Positions 15,091 through 23,108 of a stretch of 24,000 bases of DNA are shown piece after piece; the stretch's first letter is position 1; the number at the start of each line of letters is the position of its first letter. The notes under the pieces were generated by a model. That model had not been told where the DNA came from and did not search any database. It saw only the letters and a program-made list of their open reading frames with translations. Source of the DNA: an uncultured Planctomycetia bacterium (GTDB taxonomy: Bacteria; Omnitrophota; Gorgyraeia; JABMRJ01; CAYVIU01); contig CAYVIU010000004.1 of NCBI GenBank assembly GCA_964451625.1, positions 1 to 24,000 on the forward strand, in the 5' to 3' direction. A program made the position numbers and the translations under genes.

Positions 15091-17130
15091 CTAGCGGATT
15101 TGTGCGCCGAGCTGATCTTTTAATGCGGAGGTAATTTCGGAATGGAGTTTATTTACTTCATTATCGGTGAGGGTCCTGTCTTTGGCCTGGTATTCTATGG
15201 AATAACTGAGGCCTTTTTTGCCTTCGGGGATTTGTTTTCCTTTGTACTGATCAAAGAAATCCACTTTTTTTACGAGCGCACCGCCTGATTTTTTAATGGT
15301 TGAGGCAATCTTTTCTCTTAAAACGGTTTCGTCTACAATTATGGATAAATCCCTTGCTGCCGACGGGAATTTTGTAATCTCACGGAATCTTTTATGGAGT
15401 TTTGCTGCTTTTATAAGAGGCCGGACTGCCATCTGGGCAATAAACACGCCTTGCTTTATATCAAATGAGCCGAGTGTCTTCTTTGAAGCCCCGGCCATGA
15501 TACCAACCCCCTGGGAATCTATGCTTATGACAGATTTTCCTTCCCTGGAAAATGCCTTTTCGATATTGATGGAATAATTTCTGATGCCGAGCCTTTCAAA
15601 GAGGCTCTCTATTATGCCTTTTAAATAAAACAGGTCCACTTTTTTTCTGTTCAGCCAGAACCCCGAGGCAAGGCCCGTCAGGGATATCGCCAGGCATTCG
15701 ATCTCGCCGCCGGATTCAAGGTAGACCTTTCCCAACTCAAAGAGCTTCTGGTCCTTGAGGCGCCTGTTTATGTTTCTTGAGATTATATTGAGGGAACCCG
15801 GGACAAGTGTGGGCCGCATTACCTCCTGCTCAGAGCTTAACGGATTTTTTATGTGTATGATGTCCTGCTTGTTTATTCCGTCGAGAGATTCAAGATATTT
15901 CTCCGAAATAAGGCTGTAGGTGATTATTTCGTTCAGGCCTAAAGATACAAGTGTATTTTTTATGGTATCCTTTATCAGCCTTCTTTCTTCGCAGCCGTCA
16001 AAATCAAAATTTTTCTTCTGTGTCTGGTCCACCATGGCCGGAATCGTTGAAGAGAATTTGTCATAACCGTATATGCGGGCTATTTCCTCTATTAAATCTA
16101 TCTCTTTCTTTAAATCCTGCCTGAATCCGGGAATGGCAACGGACAATTTATCTTTAGAACCTGCTTTGACCTTAAGCCCCAGGTTTATTAATGTCTTTTT
16201 GATAAAGGCATTCGAGATATCACCGCCTAAAACTGATTTTATTTTTGAAGGGCGTACTGTTACGAGTTTTTTAGTACTCTTTTTTGCGCCTGCATCCGTT
16301 ATCGGGCCTGCCTTACCACCGCACAGCTCCAATATTAAAGATACTGCCCTGTCTGAAGTGGGTATAACACCATCTATGTCAACCGATCTCTCGAACCGAT
16401 ACGAGCTTTCGGAAACAAGCCCGAGTTTGCGGGATGTCCTCCTTACAGAAATTGGATTAAAGTACGCGCTTTCCAGTAAAATAGTCTTTGTGGAGCTTGT
16501 TACCTCTGAATTTGCCGATCCCATTACCCCGCCTACTGCAACAGCGCGTTTTCCGTCCGCTATCACAAGCATATTCCCTGACAAGGCCCTCTGGTCTCCG
16601 TCGATAGTTGTGATTTTTTCATCCTTTTTTGCGCGGCGTACAATTATTTTTTTGTCTTCCAGTCTATCATAATCAAAGGCGTGGAGAGGCTGACCGGATT
16701 CAAAAAGACAGAAGTTTGTGATATCCACTACATTGTTTACCGGCCTCAGATTCATTTTTTCCAGTTTTTCAACAAGCCACTTGGGTGAAGGGCCGACATT
16801 TACACCTTCAATAATCCTCGCGGTGTATTTCGGGCAGAGGTCTTTGTCTTTTATCTCAATTGCAGCTTTAAGCTTTAAGCTGTAAGCTGTAAGCTTAGGT
16901 TTATTAACCTTGAGTTTCTTGCCTGTAATTGCAGCTGTCTCGCGAGCAATGCCTATATAGCTTAACCAATCAGGCCGATTAGGAGTTATTTCGAACTCCA
17001 TTATAGAATCGTTGCCGATTTTTTCAATAGAAGTCACTTCCAAACCGGCCATGGTAAGTTCCTGGGCCAATTTCTCCGCTTCTAGTTTAATATCAACGTA
17101 CTCTTTTAACCATTTATAACTTATTTTCAT
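15091..17130 (-). CDS. pheT: phenylalanine--tRNA ligase beta subunit, short form lacking the B2 OB-fold tRNA-binding domain
   Basis: 679 aa. MKISYKWLKEYV..LTMAGLEV runs straight into ..EFEITPNRPDWLSYIGIARE. B3/4 (NNVVDITNFCLFESGQPLHAFD), B5, the catalytic-like domain and the C-terminal FDX-ACB domain are all recognisable. Confidence 0.93.
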   Translation of the reverse strand: MKISYKWLKEYVDIKLEAEKLAQELTMAGLEVTSIEKIGNDSIMEFEITPNRPDWLSYIGIARETAAITGKKLKVNKPKLTAYSLKLKAAIEIKDKDLCPKYTARIIEGVNVGPSPKWLVEKLEKMNLRPVNNVVDITNFCLFESGQPLHAFDYDRLEDKKIIVRRAKKDEKITTIDGDQRALSGNMLVIADGKRAVAVGGVMGSANSEVTSSTKTILLESAYFNPISVRRTSRKLGLVSESSYRFERSVDIDGVIPTSDRAVSLILELCGGKAGPITDAGAKKSTKKLVTVRPSKIKSVLGGDISNAFIKKTLINLGLKVKAGSKDKLSVAIPGFRQDLKKEIDLIEEIARIYGYDKFSSTIPAMVDQTQKKNFDFDGCEERRLIKDTIKNTLVSLGLNEIITYSLISEKYLESLDGINKQDIIHIKNPLSSEQEVMRPTLVPGSLNIISRNINRRLKDQKLFELGKVYLESGGEIECLAISLTGLASGFWLNRKKVDLFYLKGIIESLFERLGIRNYSINIEKAFSREGKSVISIDSQGVGIMAGASKKTLGSFDIKQGVFIAQMAVRPLIKAAKLHKRFREITKFPSAARDLSIIVDETVLREKIASTIKKSGGALVKKVDFFDQYKGKQIPEGKKGLSYSIEYQAKDRTLTDNEVNKLHSEITSALKDQLGAQIR
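16863..16899. repeat. heptanucleotide tandem repeat (AAGCTNT x5) inside pheT codons ~78-89
   Basis: The plus strand reads CAGCTTT AAGCTTT AAGCTGT AAGCTGT AAGCTTA GG. It encodes ..KLTAYSLKLKAA.. in a linker region. It is the reverse complement of the repeat at 17131-17160. Confidence 0.85.
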
Positions 17131-17160
17131 CTTATAGCCTATAGCTTACAGCTTATAGCT
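17131..17160. repeat. heptanucleotide tandem repeat (TTATAGC/TTACAGC x4) occupying the 32-nt pheS-pheT spacer (17131-17162)
   Basis: The plus strand reads CTTATAGC CTATAGC TTACAGC TTATAGC T. AGCTTACAGCTTA (17143-17155) is the exact reverse complement of TAAGCTGTAAGCT (16876-16888, and again at 16883-16895). Confidence 0.85.
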
Positions 17161-17162
17161 GC

Positions 17163-18176
17163 CTAAAACTGCTTCAGGAAGCGGAGATCGTTTTCGAAGA
17201 AGAGGCGGATATCGCTTATGCCGTACTTCAGCATGGCGATCCTCTCGACTCCCATCCCGAATGCGTATCCGGTCCATTTTTCCGGGTTATACCCGACCGC
17301 TTCGAATACTTTCGGGTTCACCATCCCTGCCCCAAGGATCTCGAGCCAGCCTTTTTGAGAGCAGACCCTGCAGCCTTTGCCGCCGCAGATTATGCATGAG
17401 ACATCCACCTCTGCGCTGGGCTCAGTAAACGGGAAAAAATGCGGGCGGAACCTCACCTTTGTCTTTGCGCCGAACATCCGACGGGCAAATATGTCCAGGG
17501 TGCCCTTTAAATCAGAAAACTTGATTGATTTATCCACCAGGAGCCCCTCAACCTGGTGAAACATAAATGAATGCGACGCGTCCACTGCATCGGGCCTGTA
17601 AACCTTGCCGGGGGATATCACCTGCAGGGGTGGCTTTTCCTTTTCCATTATCCTTATCTGCACAGTGGATGTCTGGCTGCGCAGAAGTGTGTCGTCCTTA
17701 ATATAAAAGGTATCAAATGTATCGCGGGAAGGGTGTTCAAGGGGTATATTTAACGCCTCGAAGTTATAATATTCAGTTTCTATCTCGGGGCCTTCCACCA
17801 CCCTGAAGCCCAGGCCCATAAAGATATCGTTTATTTCATCCATGACCTGTGTTAAGGGGTGCTTACGGCCTAACTCCCTTTTAAATCCGGCCCAGGTTTC
17901 ATCCACGGTACCTCTTGCGGCAGTTTTGGGAGATGAGGAAAGGGCTATTGACTTTTCTTCGAATATCTTTGTGACTTCTATCTTTATCTGGTTGGCTAAT
18001 TTTCCGAGGCGGGGACGGTCATTTGGGGCCGCATTCGGCAGTTCCTTCATCAGTTCGGCAACAAGGCCTTTTCTGCCAAGGTATTTTATTCTGAGGGCCT
18101 CTAACTCCTCAAGGGAATTAGCATTTGTTATCTCGTTTTTAGCTGTAACAGCTATTTGTTTAATTCTCTCTTCCAT
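17163..18176 (-). CDS. pheS: phenylalanine--tRNA ligase alpha subunit
   Basis: 337 aa. N-terminal coiled coil (LEELEALRIKYLGRKG) and class II motifs (HPL..., FRPHFFPFTEPSAEVDV, GMGVERIAMLKYGI.DIR). Confidence 0.95.
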   Translation of the reverse strand: MEERIKQIAVTAKNEITNANSLEELEALRIKYLGRKGLVAELMKELPNAAPNDRPRLGKLANQIKIEVTKIFEEKSIALSSSPKTAARGTVDETWAGFKRELGRKHPLTQVMDEINDIFMGLGFRVVEGPEIETEYYNFEALNIPLEHPSRDTFDTFYIKDDTLLRSQTSTVQIRIMEKEKPPLQVISPGKVYRPDAVDASHSFMFHQVEGLLVDKSIKFSDLKGTLDIFARRMFGAKTKVRFRPHFFPFTEPSAEVDVSCIICGGKGCRVCSQKGWLEILGAGMVNPKVFEAVGYNPEKWTGYAFGMGVERIAMLKYGISDIRLFFENDLRFLKQF

Positions 18177-18859
18177 CGCTTCTTGAATTCTTCAATTTTT
18201 GCGTTTGCCCCGACGACTATTAAGAGGTCTCCTTCTCTTATCATGTCTCCCGGCTCAGGGGTTGCGTTGATCTTTGCCTCTTCTATCGCCTCGCCTTTTT
18301 TATTTACGACTCTCATTTTTCTTTTTATGGCGATTACGTTCAGGTTGTATTTTTTCCTTACATCAAGCTCTCTCAGGTTTTTGTCTATGAATTCCTTCGG
18401 CGGGATAAGCTCGACTATGCTGGAGTCCTTTGAAAGGTCGATATGCTCTACGATTTCCGGGGAGATCAGGGAATTCGCAAGCCTTGCGCCCATATCGCGT
18501 TCAGGGGCAACTACCTTTGTCGCGCCTACCTTCTGGAGGACCTTTCTGTGGTCTTCTGTAACTGCCTTGGCAATAATGTCTTTTATGCCTATTTCTTTTA
18601 ATATCAAAGTTGTAAGGACGGATGCCTCGAGATTATTTCCCATGCCCACGACTGCCACATCTACGTGTTCAATGCCCACAGAGCGCAGGGCCTTTTCATC
18701 GGTGGCATCCATGCAGACTGACTGCGTCACAACCTCGGACATGTCCTGCACCGGGGCTTCATTAATATCAATTGCCAGGACCTGGCAGCCTTTTTCACTC
18801 AGGGTCCTCGCCACACTCGACCCGAATCTGCCGCATCCTATTACCGCGAACTGCTTCAT
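18152..18859 (-). CDS. ktrA: TrkA/KtrA-family K+ uptake regulatory subunit (RCK N- and C-domains)
   Basis: 235 aa. Rossmann motif AVIGCGRFG. GGAGG lies 5 nt upstream of the ATG. The 3' end overlaps the pheS start by 25 nt. Confidence 0.88.
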   Translation of the reverse strand: MKQFAVIGCGRFGSSVARTLSEKGCQVLAIDINEAPVQDMSEVVTQSVCMDATDEKALRSVGIEHVDVAVVGMGNNLEASVLTTLILKEIGIKDIIAKAVTEDHRKVLQKVGATKVVAPERDMGARLANSLISPEIVEHIDLSKDSSIVELIPPKEFIDKNLRELDVRKKYNLNVIAIKRKMRVVNKKGEAIEEAKINATPEPGDMIREGDLLIVVGANAKIEEFKKRWKRELNK

Positions 18860-18876
18860 AATAACCTCCTTGTAGG

Positions 18877-20232
18877 TTATCCAACCATTATCTTTTCTTC
18901 AGGATAATTATACAGCGTCTTTCCCTCATGCATGGCTATGGCCATGGCAAGTGTAAGGGGGCCGATCCTGCCCACAAACATAGTCAGGATCATCAACAGC
19001 TTTCCCAGGTTGCTTAAAATGGGTGTAATCCCCGTCGACAGGCCTACTGTCCCGAATGCAGAGGTTACTTCAAAGAGTATTTTCAGAAAATAGCAATCCT
19101 CGCCAAGGGTTGCCCTTTCGGTAATTGATAAAATAAGGCTGAATAAAAATATCCATGTAAAGGCGAGTACAAAAACAACGAGGGCCTTTCTCACTACATC
19201 CCTCGGGATCGTCTTTTTGAATGCCCATATGCGGTCCCTGTTTCTTAACATGGAAACAATAGTCGCAAACAGGATACCGAATGTACAGGTCTTTATGCCG
19301 CCTCCCGTGGAGCCGGGAGACGCGCCTATAAACATAAGGAATATTATAAATACCAGCGTCGGGGCGGCGAATCTTTCTATCGGGAGCGTATTAAATCCCG
19401 CTGTGCGCGGGGTAACTGCCTGGAAGGCGGAACCCAATATTTTTTCCTTCAAGGAAAGGCCCTGCAGTACATTTTCATTTTCCAGGAGGAATATTACAAG
19501 TGTGCCTATTAATATAAGGGCGATCGATACGGACAGGGCTATTTTTGTCTGAAGTGTGATTTTTGAAAAGATAAGGCGGCGGTCATGCCTCCAGAATTTG
19601 AGCTTGCTTATATCAAGGAGCACGATAAAACCGATACCGCCTACAAATATAAGAGAGATCATTATAAGGTTTATAAAGACATCCGACTGGAAGCCGGTGA
19701 ATGATTTCTGGAAAAGTGAGAAGCCGGCATTGCAAAAAGCCGATATCGAATGGAATACGGCGTTACAAAAAGTAGTGAAAGAATCCCACTGGCCTATGTG
19801 CATCCACCTTGAATAAAGAAGGCCTGCACCTATGGCCTCTATGCCGAATGTTATACATACTATATAGAGGAGCAGCTTTTTTATGCCCTGCGCGCTTGGC
19901 TGGTTCAGGGCACCCTGGATCATTACACCGTCCCTTATGCTGAGCTTTCTGCCGAGTAAAATGGCAAAAAGCGTAGAAAACGTCATTATCCCGAGGCCGC
20001 CTGCCTGGAAAAGGCCCAGTATGACAATACGGCCAAACGGCGCCCAGCTTGAGGTGTCCTTCACTACAAGGCCGGTTACACAGGTCGCACTGGTGGCGGT
20101 AAAAAGCCTGTCGATCAAGCTCACCTTATCTCCACTCGTCGTGGAAAACGGAAGGCTCAAAAGAACCGTCCCCGCTATTATTGCAGCGAGAAAGCTCAGT
20201 GCCACTATCTGCGGCGGTTTTAGTTTTTTCAT
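18877..20232 (-). CDS. ktrB: TrkH/KtrB-family K+ transporter membrane subunit
   Basis: 451 aa polytopic membrane protein with the repeated pore-loop glycine motifs of the Trk/Ktr/HKT family (TATCVTGL, CNAGFS, RTAGFN, GTVGLSTG). ATGA overlap with the rplT stop. Confidence 0.88.
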   Translation of the reverse strand: MKKLKPPQIVALSFLAAIIAGTVLLSLPFSTTSGDKVSLIDRLFTATSATCVTGLVVKDTSSWAPFGRIVILGLFQAGGLGIMTFSTLFAILLGRKLSIRDGVMIQGALNQPSAQGIKKLLLYIVCITFGIEAIGAGLLYSRWMHIGQWDSFTTFCNAVFHSISAFCNAGFSLFQKSFTGFQSDVFINLIMISLIFVGGIGFIVLLDISKLKFWRHDRRLIFSKITLQTKIALSVSIALILIGTLVIFLLENENVLQGLSLKEKILGSAFQAVTPRTAGFNTLPIERFAAPTLVFIIFLMFIGASPGSTGGGIKTCTFGILFATIVSMLRNRDRIWAFKKTIPRDVVRKALVVFVLAFTWIFLFSLILSITERATLGEDCYFLKILFEVTSAFGTVGLSTGITPILSNLGKLLMILTMFVGRIGPLTLAMAIAMHEGKTLYNYPEEKIMVG

Positions 20233-20576
20233 TTTTTGGTCATTTCAACCAATTTGTCAAATGCTGGCTTGTCTTTCACGGCTAAATCAGCTAAGATTTT
20301 TCTATTCAAACCGACCTTTATTTTCTTAAGGCCTGCTATAAATCTGCTGTAGGAAACTCCACGGGACTTACATGCGGCTGTGATCCTTGAGATCCAGAGG
20401 GACCTGAATCCCCTCTTTTTCGCGCGGCGGTCCCTTGTGGCATACATCATGCCCTTCTGGACTGACTCGCGTGCCTGCCTGTAAAGTCTGGATCGTGCGC
20501 CAAACTGCCCCTTTGCCTTCTTCAGGAATTTCTTTTTTCTTCGCCTGGAAGCCGGTACATGTTTTGTTCTTGGCAT
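20229..20576 (-). CDS. rplT: 50S ribosomal protein L20
   Basis: 115 aa. MPRTKHVPASRRRKKKFLKKAKGQFGARSRLYRQARE... is the canonical L20 sequence. Confidence 0.96.
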   Translation of the reverse strand: MPRTKHVPASRRRKKKFLKKAKGQFGARSRLYRQARESVQKGMMYATRDRRAKKRGFRSLWISRITAACKSRGVSYSRFIAGLKKIKVGLNRKILADLAVKDKPAFDKLVEMTKK

Positions 20577-20588
20577 TTCTTTTTCTCC

Positions 20589-20786
20589 TTATCCGTACGG
20601 AAGTTGTTTTTTTATTCTTCTCGCGTCTGTTGCGTGCACAAGGTCTCCTGCGCGCAAGAATCTCTTCCTCTTGGAGGATTTCTTGGTGCGTATGTGCCCG
20701 CGGAATGCGCGGGATCTCTTGACCCTGCCTTTTTTGGTGAGCTTGAACCGTTTGCGAACGGACTTTTTAGTCTTCATTTTTGGCAT
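20589..20786 (-). CDS. rpmI: 50S ribosomal protein L35
   Basis: [24 protein letters not shown]... is the canonical L35 sequence. The track starts at an upstream GTG (20795). The ATG at the complement of 20784-20786 has GAGGTG 8 nt upstream and matches the usual MPKMKT N-terminus. Confidence 0.93.
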   Translation of the reverse strand: MPKMKTKKSVRKRFKLTKKGRVKRSRAFRGHIRTKKSSKRKRFLRAGDLVHATDARRIKKQLPYG

Positions 20787-20815
20787 TCTATTCACACACC
20801 TCTTTCTTCTTTCTG

Positions 20816-21337
20816 TTATTTAGGCTTGAAGCTCATTGACATGAGTTTTCCTTCAAGCTTCGGCATTGCCTCGACCTCACCCACTCCGGAAAGGTCTTTG
20901 ACAAGCCTTTCTAAAATATTCCTGCCGATATCTATGTGGGCCATCTCCCTGCCCCGGAAATACATGGTAATCTTTGTCTTGTCTCCGCGGCCAAGGAATT
21001 TTTTTAAATGATTGAGTTTTGTCTGATAGTCATGTTCTTCGATCTTGGAACTCATTTTGATCTCTTTCATATGGATCACGTGCTGTTTTTTCTTGGCCAT
21101 TCTCTCTTTTTTGGCCTGGTCGTACTTGTACTTGCTGTAATCCATGATTTTACAGACCGGCGGCTTGGCGTTGGGGGAAATCTCAACAAGGTCAAATCCT
21201 GCCTGTTCTGCCATTTTCAAGGCCTCGTTTACAGAAACCTCTCCCAGCTGTTTTCCGTCGGCTCCTATAAGCCTGACCGGGCTCACCCTGATCATCCTGT
21301 TTATTCTGGTTCTCATTCTTTTTGTCGTACTAACCAC
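20816..21337 (-). CDS. infC: translation initiation factor IF-3 (start codon uncertain)
   Basis: [21 protein letters not shown]...[20 protein letters not shown]...[15 protein letters not shown] is the canonical IF-3 sequence. The GTG at 21335-21337 overlaps the GGGAGG SD. The next in-frame ATG (complement of 21314-21316) lies 20 nt from the SD. Confidence 0.9.
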   Translation of the reverse strand: MVSTTKRMRTRINRMIRVSPVRLIGADGKQLGEVSVNEALKMAEQAGFDLVEISPNAKPPVCKIMDYSKYKYDQAKKERMAKKKQHVIHMKEIKMSSKIEEHDYQTKLNHLKKFLGRGDKTKITMYFRGREMAHIDIGRNILERLVKDLSGVGEVEAMPKLEGKLMSMSFKPK

Positions 21338-21346
21338 CTCCCTGGG

Positions 21347-23056
21347 TTACCGAGGCTTAGCCTCGGTATTTATTTTTGATATGAAATCATCCACGGCCAT
21401 CACGCCCATATTTCCTCCGGGCTTGGACCTCACTGAAACTGAATTGGCTTCTTTTTCTTTATCGCCCACGATAAGCATGTATGGAATCTTTTCTATCTCT
21501 GCCTCGCGGATTTTCTTCTGCATCTTCTCGTCGCGGGCATCGCATTCAACCCTTAATGAAGCCGCATCCAATTTTTCCTTTACCTTTTCGGCGTATGAAA
21601 CCTGTGATTCTGAAATAGGGATAATCTTTGCCTGCACCGGAGCAAGCCACACAGGAAATGCCCCGGCATAATGCTCCATCAATGCACCTATAAAGCGCTC
21701 TATGCTCCCTAAAATCACGCGGTGCAGCATAACAGGCCGCTTTTTCTTTCCGTCTTTATCGATGTAGGCCAGGTTAAAGCGTTCCGGCAAAGCAAAGTCA
21801 CACTGTATGGTCGCGCACTGCCATGGCCTCCCGAGAGCATCTTTTAATTTAATGTCAATCTTTGGCCCGTAAAAAGCGCCGTCTCCTTCATTGACGCTGT
21901 AGGCAAGGCCGCCTTTATCTAAAGAGCTTTTAAGGGCCTCTGTCGCCTCTTCCCAGTCCTTGTCTTTTCCAATGGATTTGAGAGGCCGTGTGGAAATCTC
22001 TATTTCAAACTCATTGAACCCAAATACCTTAAGTGTATCGAGTACAAAGTTTATAACAGAGTTTATTTCATCCTGGAGCTGCTCCCTTAAACAGAATATA
22101 TGCGCATCATCCTGTGTAAACCCGCGCACCCTTAAAAGGCCGTGTAATACGCCGGATTTTTCGTTCCTGTAGACGGTGCCCAGCTCAAAGAATCTTAAAG
22201 GCAGGTCCCTGTAGCTCCGGGTGCGTGATTTATAAACCAATATGTGCCCCGGGCAGTTCATCGGCTTAACGGCAAATTCCTGCTTGCCGGCTTTAAAGAT
22301 GTACATATTCTCTTTGTAGTATTCATAGTGGCCGGACTGGACCCATATATCCTTTTTTAGAATATGCGGGCCTATTACAAGTTGGTAGCCCCGTTTAATA
22401 TGTTCTTTTTTAATAAAATCCTCGACAATGGTCCTGAGCATAGCCCCTTTAGGGTGATAGAGCACAAGACCTGCGCCGACTTTATCATCCATGCTGAAAT
22501 ATCCCAGCTGCGGCCCGAGAATCCTGTGGTCACGCTTCTTCGCCTCTTCCGTAAGCTTGAGGTGTTTATCAAGGGCTTCTTTTGTCGGGAATGCGGTGCC
22601 GTAAATCCTCTGGAGCATGGGGTTGTTTTCATTGCCGTGCCAGTATGCCCCTGCAATACTCAGGAGCTTGAAGTGCTTAACCTCTCCTGTCGAAGCTATG
22701 TGCGGCCCTTTACAAAGATCGGTGAACTTTCCGTGTTTATATATTGAAACTGTTTTATCCTTAAGCTCGTTTATGAGCTCGAGCTTGTAGGTCTCTTTTA
22801 GTTTTTTAAAGAGTTTAAGCGCATCTTTCTTAGGCACGTCTTCCCGGGTGAACTTTTCATCCCTTGCGACGATCTTTTTCATCTCTTTCTCGATCTTTGC
22901 AAGGTCGGAAGGGGTAAAAGGCTCCTCTCTTTCAAAGTCATAGTAGAAACCATTCTCGATGGCAGGGCCTATCCCGAGTTTTGTGCCCGGAAAAAGCCTC
23001 TTCACCGCATCTGCCATGATGTGAGACGCGCTATGCCGTAATGTGCCTATATCCAT
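21347..23056 (-). CDS. thrS: threonine--tRNA ligase lacking the N-terminal TGS domain
   Basis: 569 aa. It starts at MDIGTLRHSASHIMADAVKRLFPGTKLGIGPAIENGFYYDF, which is the start of the editing (N2) domain with its HxxxH motif. Class II catalytic core and anticodon-binding domain follow. Only 20 nt separate the ATG from the upstream gene. Confidence 0.95.
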   Translation of the reverse strand: MDIGTLRHSASHIMADAVKRLFPGTKLGIGPAIENGFYYDFEREEPFTPSDLAKIEKEMKKIVARDEKFTREDVPKKDALKLFKKLKETYKLELINELKDKTVSIYKHGKFTDLCKGPHIASTGEVKHFKLLSIAGAYWHGNENNPMLQRIYGTAFPTKEALDKHLKLTEEAKKRDHRILGPQLGYFSMDDKVGAGLVLYHPKGAMLRTIVEDFIKKEHIKRGYQLVIGPHILKKDIWVQSGHYEYYKENMYIFKAGKQEFAVKPMNCPGHILVYKSRTRSYRDLPLRFFELGTVYRNEKSGVLHGLLRVRGFTQDDAHIFCLREQLQDEINSVINFVLDTLKVFGFNEFEIEISTRPLKSIGKDKDWEEATEALKSSLDKGGLAYSVNEGDGAFYGPKIDIKLKDALGRPWQCATIQCDFALPERFNLAYIDKDGKKKRPVMLHRVILGSIERFIGALMEHYAGAFPVWLAPVQAKIIPISESQVSYAEKVKEKLDAASLRVECDARDEKMQKKIREAEIEKIPYMLIVGDKEKEANSVSVRSKPGGNMGVMAVDDFISKINTEAKPR

Positions 23057-23075
23057 ATATATCCCTTATATTAAA

Positions 23076-23108
23076 ATTATATCTTATCATCTAGAACGAG
23101 ATTGTCAA
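23076..23108 (-). promoter_or_regulatory. candidate thrS promoter, TTGACA-N16-TAAGAT (overlapping TATAAT), with a short leader
   Basis: On the minus strand: TTGACA (complement 23103-23108), a 16-nt spacer, TAAGAT (complement 23081-23086), overlapping TATAAT (complement 23076-23081), then TTTAATATAAGGGATATAT-ATG. There is no room for a T-box or operator leader. Confidence 0.4.

Noticed and set aside
17131-17162. T-box, pheM-type attenuator or L20-leader elements upstream of pheS, thrS and infC
   Set aside because: The upstream spacers are too short: ktrA overlaps the pheS start, thrS has 20 nt, and infC has 9 nt between the thrS stop (21347-21349) and the GTG at 21337. There is no specifier, terminator or antiterminator architecture.
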